This document shows positions 1-11,525 of a DNA stretch of 64,000 nucleotides, piece after piece. Source of the stretch: Microthyrium microscopicum (lineage: Eukaryota); NCBI GenBank assembly GCA_010405405.1, contig MU004234.1:1763275-1827274 (forward strand), given 5' to 3'. The position numbers and the translations under genes were made by a program. How positions within the stretch are numbered: position 1 is the first letter of the stretch; every line of letters starts with the position of its first letter. The notes under the pieces are model-generated. The model was not told the DNA's origin and did not search any database. It was given only the letters and a program-made list of their open reading frames with translations.

Positions 1-1094
1 TTTCCTAGTATTAAATCTATAAATCCTCTTTACTAGATAACTACTTAATACTACGTATTTATAATACATATTATAGAATAGGCCTAAATATAAATACATA
101 CTTATAATTCTAAAGTTATTAGGCGCTTCTTTACCGCTATAAGATTAAATAATTAGTTAAGTACTACTATTAGTAAGGAATCTTATAATATTAGCATTAA
201 AGATTTAATAAAACTACTAGATCTTTTAAATTAGTGCGTAATAAAGCTAGAAATAGTTAAAGCTACTACTACTAAAGAAGATAAATAGTAAGAGAAGGTT
301 AATAATCCTAAGGTATATATACCTAATATTAAGGATAAAGATAGTATAAAATATTATAATAAAGATAAGATTAATATAATTAAAGTTAATACTAAAAATA
401 CTAAAGACACTAGAGATATTAAAGATATTAAAAATAACGCTACTAATATTAATTTAGATAAAGATAAGGATAATAGATTTATAACGTCCTTTATAGCAAT
501 AATAAATACTCTACTACAAAATTTGTCTATACTTATCTTACTAGAAATATCTCTACTATTTATTATACCTTAGCCTATTTTTTTAATTCTATAACCTCTT
601 TACCTCTAGAATTAGTATCTAATACTACTATCTAATGCCTTCCCCTAAATTAGATCCTATAGTAAACTTAAAGAGTTAAATCTTACCTATTTTATATAGT
701 AGGATGCTCTTAGGTTACTAGAATAAATACTTAAAGACTAGTATTAATAGCTTCCTAAATTAGCCTATAATCCTACTTTAGAACCTACCTAAAATATTAA
801 GATAGGATATCTAATAGTAATATTCTATTAGTAATAGGACTTATAATATTAGTCATTTAGTATTAAATTAGGCAATATTCTTAACCTATAGTAAATCTAG
901 TAGAGTTAGGAAAATTATTAGTAATAACTAGGCAATATTAGTATTAAAAAGAGCGCTTTAATTTATATACCTATATATAATTCTATATTGTCTAGTTCTT
1001 AATATCTTAAGCTTTAAATTTACCTATTTTAGTATTGGAATTCCTTAGTCAAGATGAGGTAAAGTTAAATAGCATTATAGGGTTCGTCGTTACA
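1..1094. mobile_element. RIP-degraded repeat, truncated by the window start; ends in an LTR-like terminus (...GTCGTTACA)
   Basis: Very AT-rich and TpA-saturated with CpA/TpG almost absent. A degenerate acidic ORF is readable on the + strand. Composition switches to normal GC shortly after CGTTACA at about 1088-1094. Family not identified. Confidence 0.6.
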
Positions 1095-1293
1095 AAAATA
1101 GATTAGTAGTAAATTACTACTAGGGGCATTTCTATAGCAACTGCCCTAAAAACGCCATCGAACGCCCTCCTCCTACAGCTAGAGACTTTGCTCAATTCAC
1201 TGTTTTTCTACGGTATTCCACACCGCCATCAATCAGACACTTGAACAAAAACGCCACTTACCACCATGGGCGCTTCGTAAATGTCATGACTGC

Positions 1294-4200
1294 TCAGATT
1301 GAAATAGCAAATCGACTCTTGCCCCTAATCCGTTTGCCGTATTTGTAAAAGATGTACGGAAAGCTACAAGCATCAGCTATTTTAACATTCACTCTCGAGG
1401 CGCCATGACTTACGGAGCCATAGCTAGTGCAAGAAACGCCAATAAACTCGTCGCCCATTGATATCCCAGTTCTGGATGAATAAGAGATCAGTTTTATTGT
1501 TCCTTGAGAGTGTCTATAACATGCTAGACATGAGCAGGAGATTGCTTACTGTTATACATCTGCACTCCAAACAGCGGGAACGCAGCCGCAAAGCTCGATC
1601 TGGCAAAACTATTGGCTGCAAGCGCACTAGCAGCGTACAATGGATACTAGGTATTCACTCTGTCATCAGTAAAGGTGCCTCGTGCCAGAATACGCAGGAC
1701 ACCGGCAGCGAGCGGGCAGATGCAAGGCCATGCAGAATGCAACTGGCATCTTGCGTCTGTCGGGAATGCACGCTGTGTGGCACTAAGAGGGGAAATGGTT
1801 GCTTACACATTCTACCAGGAAGGTAAAGATACCAGAGAAGCACCAAACGGTCCTATCATTGAATCATTGTAAGCAAATATGAAGACCATGAGATCGACGA
1901 AAGTGGAGTATCATAATCTTCAGAAGATTCACAATGACGCCGACATATCATTATGATCGAATGAGAGTAATGTGGCCAGCGCCACTTAAGAGACTCACCC
2001 GAGACCAAATATGCCACTGGATATGATTGGAACTGCAAAGCTTCCATGTTAGCTTCTCGGGCTCTTCTACACTGACTTGCAGCAGACGCCAACAACGGTG
2101 CAACACGTTACTGGCATTTCAAGTCTGCAGAAAGAAGGCAAATCTCACCAATCCAATGGACCTGTAAAGTGGAACGATCAGTCAGCCTCCGTTCAATATC
2201 TTTCCACCATTCGGACAACACCACTGGCCTGGTAACAGAAAAGCATTGTGTACCACACAAAGACACTCGACTTACACTGGGATACGTAGTCCACGCAAAG
2301 CCTGCTTCATCGTTAATACAAATCACAATCAAATCAAGCTGTCCACCATCCAAACGCCTCTGCTACACGACTTGCGCATGTACACACAGCAAAGCAGCGA
2401 CGCTTCGACCACAGCACAGGGGTTCGCAGCGAAGCAACTGGAGAGACATTACCAAAGAGACCAATAGGTACAAGCACAGCACCGGCAATCGTGGGCGGCA
2501 ACCTAAACTCCGGCTCTGATGCACCACTGGCACCAGGATCTGAGCCCATCTCCTCTTCTCCTCGTCTTTCTTGCTCTCGCTTGCACAGCCTAAGGTACAT
2601 GGTATCCCACAGGAAAGAGTTGCACCCAATACCAATAATCATGCCGGCAAAGATACCTAGAAAGGTCAGGCCAATCTGCCAGAGCTGGAAATCGTGGTTG
2701 TTCTCGAAGACGAGTGTAAACGCGCCGAAGAATAGGTAGATTATGCCCAATAGAATAGCGGACAAGAGGCACAAGTTCAGACACTGGGTCAAGTTAGCAG
2801 GGGTTTAATTCTCCGAAGGAAGGTTCTGCAATGGCGTTTTGTTTGACTGTTGTGCAAGAATGTACATATGTAAGCCACGAGTGTTTTGCTCCACTTACCA
2901 TGGGCTCTAGAAAGAGTAGCTCAAACGGGCGTGTACAGGAGAGCATGATCTTCTTTGGAATTGAACGGTCCATTATTTCGATTTGCGCTTTGTATCGCTG
3001 ATCGCCCGTTTCTTTACGCAGCTTGCGAGCCTTGTTGCGGAGGACGACTGGGTGGTAGGTTTCGGGCACGAATAGGACGATCAGTGTTAGTTGTACACCG
3101 GCCCAGATCATCAGGACCCAGAAGGACCAGCGCCAGTTGGCATATTGGTTTATGAAACCACCGATCAGCGGACCAACTTCAGGCCTGGAGTTCGTAACGT
3201 AAAAATCAGTGACCGGTCTATCAATGTTGGGAATGCAAGATGCTGTTCGATAAAGGGGAACACAGCAACAAAACAAATAACGGACACGTTCACGCCGTGA
3301 GACGTTGGAAGTGATTAGCAATGTATGTAGTGCTGTTCCTGCGACGCAGGATTTGTAGCTCTGCAGACGGTAGCTGCCGCTTCGCAAGGCACACATTGTA
3401 CATGGGCGAAGATTGAGCAACAGTTCTGCTGCGAGAGCTTGCTGACAGCTACAAGATCTTGCGATCGGTCCCCGCTATGTTCTTTTGAAACCGGGAGACC
3501 AGAGCCGCAAAGATCACAACCGCTATATCAGTGATATTATAGCTGACCGGACCAAGGTAAAAGCAACTGTAGTCGGCTAAGCAGCTTACTACAGTTCGTA
3601 TATGCCAAAACACGTGCGCAAAAAATTTGGAATATAGACGTACCCAATAAACGGACTAGCCGTATAAACCATCATAGGCGTACTCAGCTCAGCGCGAGTG
3701 AACATATCGCCCACCGTCCCACCCGCAACTGATAGAAAAGCGCTGCCCGACAAGCCACTGAGAAAACGGGCGACGAGAAGGGTAGCCAAGTTCGGAGCTA
3801 GAGCGCATGGCAAAAGCCAGATGATGAAAAAGATGTAGGACACAATGTACACGAGGCGTCGGCCGTAGAACTGTGAATAGAAGCAACAAAACGTTAGTCT
3901 ATGTAAAGATTCTCGAGTCCTGATACCAGCAGGATAGTGGTTTGAAAGTACCCCTGCAGGAAGACTGTGGTTGTGCTGTGCTTCCACACCAATTGACATC
4001 AGCTTACCTCTGATAAAGGGGCTAGAACCTGTGGTGCGATCAGTTTGAATTGGTAAAACTGTTTAGGCTCTTTGAAGAGACGTACCATTGGGCCTAGTCC
4101 TAATCCTGCGACAAATATAGAGAGACCAAGAGTTGCTAGCTCCTCGGAAGTGTGGAATTCTGGTATAATCTGTGTATAGGTGAAAGTATACAGAGACGAA

Positions 4201-4727
4201 GTGCATGTTCTACAGACAGATAGTATCAGCGCCGAGTAAATTTAGCTCTGTTTGAATGGCCACCAGACCAGGCAGTCACTAAGCTCTAATTAATGAAGAG
4301 TTGTAAGCAGATGTACTTACACACAGAGAGAACTCAAGGAGACAATCAGAACTATCGACCATTTCCGTAACCTCCCCATACTTCTGGGACTCATGGGGTC
4401 GGTTTCGCCATTAAACTTGACTCTGAACTTTCCTTCATCCGTGTCTCGCTTCTTTTCTGGATCCCCTTCAGGGACTTGTGCAGTCACATCTTCGTCGCTT
4501 CCTTCGTCCTGTCCAAAAATCGAAAATCCGTCATGTCCTCCATGAAGCCGTGACCTGGTACTGGTCCTAGTTATTGATGGTGATATCCTTGGTGGCTGTG
4601 ATTGGATGCTGCGCGCTGGAGTAATGTGTTGATGACCAGTTTCCAAGCCAGGTTCCTTTATTGGTTTTGCGTTATGCCTACTGTTGGCGTATGCGAGGCC
4701 TTCACCCTCTTCCTTCTCCATTGCCAT
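1294..4727 (-). CDS. MFS multidrug/H+ antiporter (DHA1, Tpo1/Flr1-like), about 13-14 exons
   Basis: Exons joined at GT-AG sites give ...KWSIVLIVSLSSLCV, FYGRRLVYIVS, LLVARFLSGLSGSAFLSVAGGTVGDMF, GPEVGPLIGGFINQYANWRWSF, VPETYHPVVL, PEFRLPP, YPLYAASALAANSFARSSFAAAFPLFG and FPYIFYKYGKRIRGKSRFA. Stop TGA at 1294-1296. Confidence 0.9.
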
Positions 4728-5602
4728 AGGTAACTCCAAAAATGTTCCGGTCTGTTATGTTGTCAGACGCGTCCAGCAATAATACTGACGTTGAAGATTT
4801 GCTTGGGTGAGAAGAACCTAATGACAGTGCTTCCTGGAGAAGTCAAAGTTAGGCAAGCTCGCTCATGGATCTTGATTTGGGTGTAGTGGCGGAGGTAGGT
4901 GTTAGGTTATGTCTGTTCCTCAATGCATTATTTCTCGACTTATATCCGGGAATTTGAAGGTTCCGTTTGTCCATTGGGCTTGCGATTTGCAAGCCGCTGC
5001 AACAATCAGTCCTCCGTCTAGTCTACCAACTTGATTACTAGTAGTAGATCAAGCATTTTGGGCACTGTTCTGTCGTGATCGTCTGATAAAGTCGACTTCG
5101 GCATCAAAATCCGCGTTTTTTTGAGAAGAGAAGGGGCGACAACACCATGACGTAAAACAAAGGTTTGGTGGAGGAATGCGGAATGATTTCCGCGCATGCT
5201 GGAATCAAAATATGAATGATGAGTCCAGTCAACTTGTAAACCAAACCCCCAACAAGTTTTGAAGATACTGATTTCTTTTGCAGCAAATTCCGTTATGGAA
5301 AGGAAGTTGGGGTGGGGACCATTTCGGTCGTGCTACGGTAAGTTGTACTATCAATTCCTTGATGCCCTCTTTCATAAAGCAAGTAAGTCTTTAGATCTCG
5401 TAAGATTATGAGAGCGACTTGTATCGAGTTGAAAATAAATAAATGCACATATATGAGTATCTCGAAAGATTCTCTGCACCATACGCCAAAATGTAATAAG
5501 AGCGGAGGCGGAAGCTTCTAGCGCTTGAGTCAAAGGGTTCAAGCCTCCAAGATATCTCCAACTACATCTGGAAGAGCTCCTTTGTCTTCACTCTCTCAAG
5601 TC

Positions 5603-7351
5603 ATGCCATCGCTTCCATATAACGAACCTGATATAACCACCCTTCTATCCCAGTCGTCGTTCTTATTGCTACTGAATCTGGTCGATTTTCTACTGAACTA
5701 TGCACTCTACTGCGGTCTCCTCGGGCAGGTCCTCCTGGGTATCGCTTTCGGCAAACCAGGCGGCAACTTCCTAAATGAATCTACCCAGCAGGCCATAGTG
5801 CAACTCGGTTACATCGGTCTCATACTTCTCATATATGAAGGCGGCCTTTCAGTATGCATGAGATCCGTCTGGGCCAATCTTGGCCTCTCCACTGGCGTCG
5901 CATTGACTGGAATCGCGGCTCCGATAGCCTTATCCTTTGTACTTCAGCCGTTGCTTAATGCAACTCCGCTTCAAGCTTTCGCTGCAGGAGCATCATTATG
6001 TTCAACAAGTCTGGGGACAACATTTGCGGTACTCAATGCAACTGGATTGGCCAAGACTCGACTCGCTTCGGTTCTCAGTACTGCAGCTATGATGGACGAT
6101 GTCGTTGGGCTTGTCATGGTCCAGATCATCTCCAACTTGGGGTCGTCATCTGGGCCACTAGATCCCGCAGTGGTTGTCCGTCCTATTGCTGTATCAGTCG
6201 GATTTGTCATCCTAGTACCATTAGTTTGTCACTACGCCATCCGGCCAATCCGCCGTTCTGTGGGCGATAAGAGCTTGGTGGATAAGATTCGCAAGCTCTT
6301 TGCGACCTCAAGAGCAAGATTCGTTCTTCACTCGGTCTTTCTGTTTGGGATGACGGCCGCAGCAGGCCACAGTGGAACGTCGGTTTTATTTACTGCTTAT
6401 TTATCTGGTGCTGTGATCAATTGGTGGGACACTGAGTCCACTCCTCGGCCGTCTAGCAGCATTGTCTCTCCCGAAGCTATAGATAACACTGATATGGTGG
6501 CCAAGGTAGATCAAACGGCACAAATGCAAGAAGACCAAATAATTAGAGATGCCTCCAAGCCGGAAGACACCAAAGAGGAATCTCCTCATCGTCACAAAGC
6601 GGCCGTGAGTGCAATTGCACCTAAAAAGGAAGTCCCCATCTACTGTGATGAACTGTCAGGGCAAAAAATCTACGCCGTCTACTTCTATGCACCGGTGGAA
6701 AGAATATTCAAGCCTTTTTTCTTTGCCAGTATTGGCTTTTCTATTCCCATATCAAGCCTCTTTGAGGGCTCCCTGATCTGGCGTGGCATTGTTTACACGG
6801 TTTTGATGGTCTTAGCGAAGCTTCTCTGCGGAGTATGGCTCCTTCGATATAGTTTCTTGTCGAGGCTAGGTAGTCGCATTGTGTTCGGGTTTGCGCGAAT
6901 AAGAAAAACTCTGACTGGCTATCATCTCTGGTGGAAACCTTCCCAAACAAAGGAAGTTCACAACCCAACTGAGCACACATGTTCGAAGGCCGATACTGCT
7001 GGCTCAAACCCAATGCCTAGTTCGCAGTCACCTCCGAAGCCTGCCAATTTCAAAGTCGAAGCTCCCGTGTCCTTATACCCGGGCGCCATGCTCGGCTTTG
7101 CAATGGTTGCACGCGGTGAGATTGGCTTTTTGATCTCCTCCATTGCTGAATCGAAAGGTGTCTGGAAGACAGCCGGAAGCCAAAACGGTCAGCAGAATTC
7201 CGACATCTTCATCACTGTCACCTGGGCAATATTTCTTTGTACTTTTATCGGGCCCGTTGCCGTAGGCCTGATAGTGCGACGTGTCAGGAGATTGGAACGG
7301 ACTGCTACATCTGGAGGCAGAGCTGCTTTGGGTTCATGGGGACTGCAGTGA
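5603..7351 (+). CDS. Na+(K+)/H+ exchanger family (CPA2-like) antiporter
   Basis: Intronless ORF from ATG 5603 (MPSLPYNEPD). Motifs LGYIGLILLIYEGG, GASLCSTSLGTTF, AAMMDDVVGLVMVQII, PFFFASIGFSIP and GFAMVARGEIGFLI. Confidence 0.9.
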   Translation: MPSLPYNEPDITTLLSQSSFLLLLNLVDFLLNYALYCGLLGQVLLGIAFGKPGGNFLNESTQQAIVQLGYIGLILLIYEGGLSVCMRSVWANLGLSTGVALTGIAAPIALSFVLQPLLNATPLQAFAAGASLCSTSLGTTFAVLNATGLAKTRLASVLSTAAMMDDVVGLVMVQIISNLGSSSGPLDPAVVVRPIAVSVGFVILVPLVCHYAIRPIRRSVGDKSLVDKIRKLFATSRARFVLHSVFLFGMTAAAGHSGTSVLFTAYLSGAVINWWDTESTPRPSSSIVSPEAIDNTDMVAKVDQTAQMQEDQIIRDASKPEDTKEESPHRHKAAVSAIAPKKEVPIYCDELSGQKIYAVYFYAPVERIFKPFFFASIGFSIPISSLFEGSLIWRGIVYTVLMVLAKLLCGVWLLRYSFLSRLGSRIVFGFARIRKTLTGYHLWWKPSQTKEVHNPTEHTCSKADTAGSNPMPSSQSPPKPANFKVEAPVSLYPGAMLGFAMVARGEIGFLISSIAESKGVWKTAGSQNGQQNSDIFITVTWAIFLCTFIGPVAVGLIVRRVRRLERTATSGGRAALGSWGLQ

Positions 7352-7579
7352 ATAGGTCTCGTCACTGGGAAGTATCACCATCGACGTTCCAAGACTGGCC
7401 GCAATAGAGGTGGAAGGAGCTGGAGAAAAGATGCTTTACGGTCAGGATTGATATTTGCAACAGTTTTAAGATATGGAATTGGTAATGATTCTAGCATCTA
7501 AATTGCACTCATCCAAAAATACGACACCGAAATACCGGATAACAATGGGACAAAGTCAAGAAATCACAGCCGCTTCGAT

Positions 7580-9490
7580 CTAGCAATTTCCGTCTTGTCT
7601 AAGCATTTGCCCAACAACTATCAAGCCACCTATTGCAGGTGCAGCCATGCAAGCAATCGCGACCAGTATACCACTGAGAGTGACAAATGCTTCTCGAAGA
7701 GTGTTCGTGTTTCGGGGATTATCCCAAGCGCTTTGCACAGTGTCCCGTATCCAGTCCATGACCATGGCTTCGAAGTGGTCACTGAGAGGAGCCAAGACAA
7801 CGCCGGTCACGAACCAGCTCATCGTCCATCCGCGTTGAGCTCTCGTGCTTTGACGGTTTTTGAACCAGGATGACAGCTTGCCTTTGAGAAGTATGCAGCA
7901 CAGAGCCAAAAGTAGAGTTACCACAATTTGAATTGTCCATCGGGGCCCTTTGCCTGGGAGTGATGTCTGACCTTTCTTGTAATCTCTTTTGGCTGGGTCA
8001 TTCTCAATCGCGCTGCTGGTATATCCTCTTTTATCCTTGGGCGGAACTACAACATACTCGGCAATCACCTGCTTTCGGGCAAAGGGCGTACAGGCTGGAA
8101 CATGAATCCACCTTCTTGGCGGTTTGTCATGCTCGTGTATCTTAGGGTTTGCGCTAAAAGAGCAGCATTCAATCGGTTGCAGGTCTCCTCGCTTGATCTG
8201 ATCCTCGCCGGTGGAGGCAGTAGCTTTGAGCTCTCCGTGAGAAGCAGAGCTTTCTAACTGACTGAACGTGTAAGTCATTGACTCGTGATGGGGCTTGACA
8301 TCGTTTTGATCCAATTCGCCTACCACATCTCCGAAAATACCGCCACGCTCTTTGGCTTCGTCCATAATATCGGAGCGTACGAGGAATAATGCGTCATAGT
8401 TTGGGGTAACACATTGTGCTACACAATTCAGAGCCGACATGAGGATATATGGAATGACGGTCAAGGCGCAAGTAGCATATCCATGAATCGCAGTATATTT
8501 TCCCCGAGCGGCCATCAATGAATAGGCACCATAGGAGACCTGTATCAAGGCAATCACTGCTTTCGAAAGCCCGAACGAATTGGCAATGACTCTGCTTGGT
8601 TGGTAGTGTGGGGATGGTTCCGTGAGAGATTTGAGATCTTGGTTCTCAGGAGGGTTTACTGTCGCATCAGCAGGGACACAGGCCAGTCGATAGCCCTTCG
8701 GTATAGCCAGAGCGCCGTGGACCTTTCGATATCGAGGGTAGATACGACTGGATATGACCACTGGTAGGACCTCCTCCATCCAGTTGGGAGACCAAACACT
8801 CATCAATACGTGTTGGTGTTGACCTCTCGCTTCTGTCAGCGTATGTTGGTTCTCGTTGAGCGGGGATGAGCTTGTTGCCGGCGAGGTCGTGGCTGTTGCG
8901 GAAGCGGCCAGCGAGGAATTTCCCGGCGAAGAGTTGACTAATCCAGAACTTGGTGTAGGGGACGTGGATGTTGATGGAACATGGGATTCGTCTTGAGCTT
9001 GAGCAGTTGTTACCGTTTCTGTATCAGTCGTTGTTCGGCAGTGACCTATACTCTCACCGGCGTGAGGAATCCATGTTTTTGATCGAACAATCATACAAAG
9101 AGCGCCGGATCGTAAAGCAATTTGCAGCTCATCTGTTTGCTGCCACGCACCCCTTCTGATCAAAGCTGTGAGTGCGCGTATCATCCCAGATGTTGGCAGA
9201 AACAAGGCTAACGCCATGGCAAAAAAGGTTGACTTCTTATTCTCTCCAGGCATTGGTCTAACAGTCGCGCAATGTGCAAAATAGTTCGCCAAAAAGAAAA
9301 CAGCGATTTTCATGATTCCAACTGTTTCACAATAAGGAGTGGAGCCGTCAGGGCTGGTGATAGTGGAATTGCCATGGTTCGTGTCGGAGAAGATTGAGAT
9401 ACTCTTGTCTAGCGTATTGAGCGGAAGCGCGGCAGTCAGGTTAGAACATGCCAAAAGGGCCAAGAGGAGCAGTGGTGTGAGAGGTGACAT
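7580..9490 (-). CDS. Uncharacterised fungal multi-pass membrane protein with signal peptide
   Basis: 636-aa ORF with an N-terminal signal peptide, several hydrophobic segments (FFLANYFAHCATV, ALTVIPYILMS, APAIGGLIVVGQML) and an S/T-rich linker. Confidence 0.8.
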   Translation of the reverse strand: MSPLTPLLLLALLACSNLTAALPLNTLDKSISIFSDTNHGNSTITSPDGSTPYCETVGIMKIAVFFLANYFAHCATVRPMPGENKKSTFFAMALALFLPTSGMIRALTALIRRGAWQQTDELQIALRSGALCMIVRSKTWIPHAGESIGHCRTTTDTETVTTAQAQDESHVPSTSTSPTPSSGLVNSSPGNSSLAASATATTSPATSSSPLNENQHTLTEARGQHQHVLMSVWSPNWMEEVLPVVISSRIYPRYRKVHGALAIPKGYRLACVPADATVNPPENQDLKSLTEPSPHYQPSRVIANSFGLSKAVIALIQVSYGAYSLMAARGKYTAIHGYATCALTVIPYILMSALNCVAQCVTPNYDALFLVRSDIMDEAKERGGIFGDVVGELDQNDVKPHHESMTYTFSQLESSASHGELKATASTGEDQIKRGDLQPIECCSFSANPKIHEHDKPPRRWIHVPACTPFARKQVIAEYVVVPPKDKRGYTSSAIENDPAKRDYKKGQTSLPGKGPRWTIQIVVTLLLALCCILLKGKLSSWFKNRQSTRAQRGWTMSWFVTGVVLAPLSDHFEAMVMDWIRDTVQSAWDNPRNTNTLREAFVTLSGILVAIACMAAPAIGGLIVVGQMLRQDGNC

Positions 9491-10367
9491 TCTTGAGACC
9501 TAGAGGTGACATCGAAAGACGAAAGGGTGCTGGATATAGGGTGAATGTTCCCGTAGAGTCAATAAGTCGGATCTGTAGTTGAGATGAAGAAGTCAGTGGC
9601 TTGGAAAATTGTGAACCTTTCGATATCTTTGTTTCAAGGTGTACTAGAGTGTTCTTTTAAGATGCTACTCTATACCCGGGCAGCGTGAGCTACCTTTGAG
9701 TATTCGAGACACATTGCTAGATCTGTTGCATGAGTACAATGGCATCAGTTACTCTAATGTATGATTGCTCGCCTGCAACATCGCAAACTGCATATGGAAC
9801 TCGAGCGGATACTGGCAGATGTCTTCCATTAGCAGTTTGGCAATATGAAGAGAAAATAGATCACGATTCGTAGAAAGCTTTTCAAGAACGGAAATTACAG
9901 CTTCGCTGAGACAATACAACAATGTCTTATCTGCAGCAAAGTCTCAACAGCGTGGTCATGCAACCACATACGCTACTACCTTTAAGACAAAGAGGCTGGC
10001 TTATATTCTTTTACATCAATTGTTTCTGCATGCGAGGCCATTTTGCAATGTACATTGCCGGGACATCGAGCCAGAGACTTGCAACTCTTGAATGGCTGCA
10101 TGTCTAAAGCTACGATTCCAAAACAGCAAGAACATTACACTTGAAGTCTCGCTATCAATTCCTGCAAAGTGTTAGCGTGAGGCATCATCTAGCAACGAGA
10201 GAAACATATCCAGATATCTTCAAATTGGACATGACTAATCAGGCTAGCCGGTTACCCGATTCTGAAGATGACAAGAAAAGTTGATGCTCGTCCTTCATTC
10301 TTTCAACCATCACTGGCCAACATCCACCAAATACCTCTCAATAACTCTCATTTATTAGATAATTCCA

Positions 10368-10768
10368 ATGTCTCTGTTACCAGCTACTATTGTGAGCGGC
10401 CAGGGACTCTTTCTGCTTTACAGTGGCATCTACACTCTTTTCTTCCCCAAAAAAGCTTCAGCCACTGGGCCACTGGTTGGCACGCCAATCGAAACAGTGC
10501 GCGTCCTAAGGTATGTCCTACAACAATCATCGCTAAGCGAATGGAGCCTGACAGACGTAGTGTGACGTCGCTATCGCTCGGGACGGTTTATCTTCTCGTT
10601 GTTAAACTAGGGGAGGCACGTTTGCGGGACTTTATGCTGGTATCAATTCCGGGACGCTTGTTAGCAGCTGTCGTTATGTGGCAGAACGGAGGAGGATGGA
10701 CGAATGTAGGCACGTTCGAAGCGCTGAATGCAGTAGCCAATTTGCTGGGTTGGCTTTGGACAAGGTGA
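10368..10768 (+). CDS. Small hydrophobic (about 4 TM) hypothetical protein, 2 exons
   Basis: ATG 10368. Intron GTATGT(10511)...CTGAC...TAG(10560) joins MSLLPATIVSGQGLFLLYSGIYTLFFP...VL to SVTSLSLGTVYLL...GRLLAAVVMW...LLGWLWTR*. Confidence 0.7.
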
Positions 10769-11525
10769 ACTGCTCAAGAAAGCAAAGAGCTTTGTAACTT
10801 CTAGGTCGAATAGATCTGATAATTTGAAATGATAGCAAGCTGTCTCTTGACCTTTTGACTGCTGAATCATAAGCGCGTTTTCGTGATGATGAGGATTGAG
10901 GAGGAGCCGAGAAGCGTCATTGGACCTAGAAAGCCAATGGGTATCAAGCTTCAGTAACCCTCGAATCCAACTCAAGACCATCCGAGTGCTGGCTCGTTCA
11001 ATTTTCTTGCCGTGGATCGCGTTAAAATATTTAAACAGAGAAGCATTTCTGAATACTGGGCCAGAGGAGGTATGGATGACTAAGCTTGGATTGCTCGAGG
11101 TTGGACCTGCTACTTTGAGGTAGCTAAAACCTCACGTGCCCTGTTAGTTTGTAGAAACCTGCAACAACATTTATCCGCTCTCTGCTCTACATCGCGGAGC
11201 AAGATAATCCATTCCGATCCTGCACGTTCCCGGCAAGGCTGTCCATAAGGCTGAGGGCCTTTGCCTGCGAAGCCTCTGAAGTTTGAATTCTGAGTAGGTC
11301 AACTAACACCGATGGTTTTGATGAATTTCAAAGGGTGAACTGTCATGGCTAACTTTTCCAATCAGCATCTACGCGGTGTTGTCACTCATTACAGCATCCA
11401 GATTCCATCTATATTGCGTCGGTTTCACGATTCAACCGACTGTGCAATAGAAATCGTCCACCTGACCACTTAATTCAGCCTTTGGATTTGCAAGCGGGGT
11501 GAACAGCTCTGGAGCTCTTCTCATC

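Noticed and set aside
1121..1148. Short inverted repeat TAGGGGCA...TGCCCTA at the RIP boundary
   Set aside because: Too short and imperfect, with no TSD, to call a MITE or terminator.
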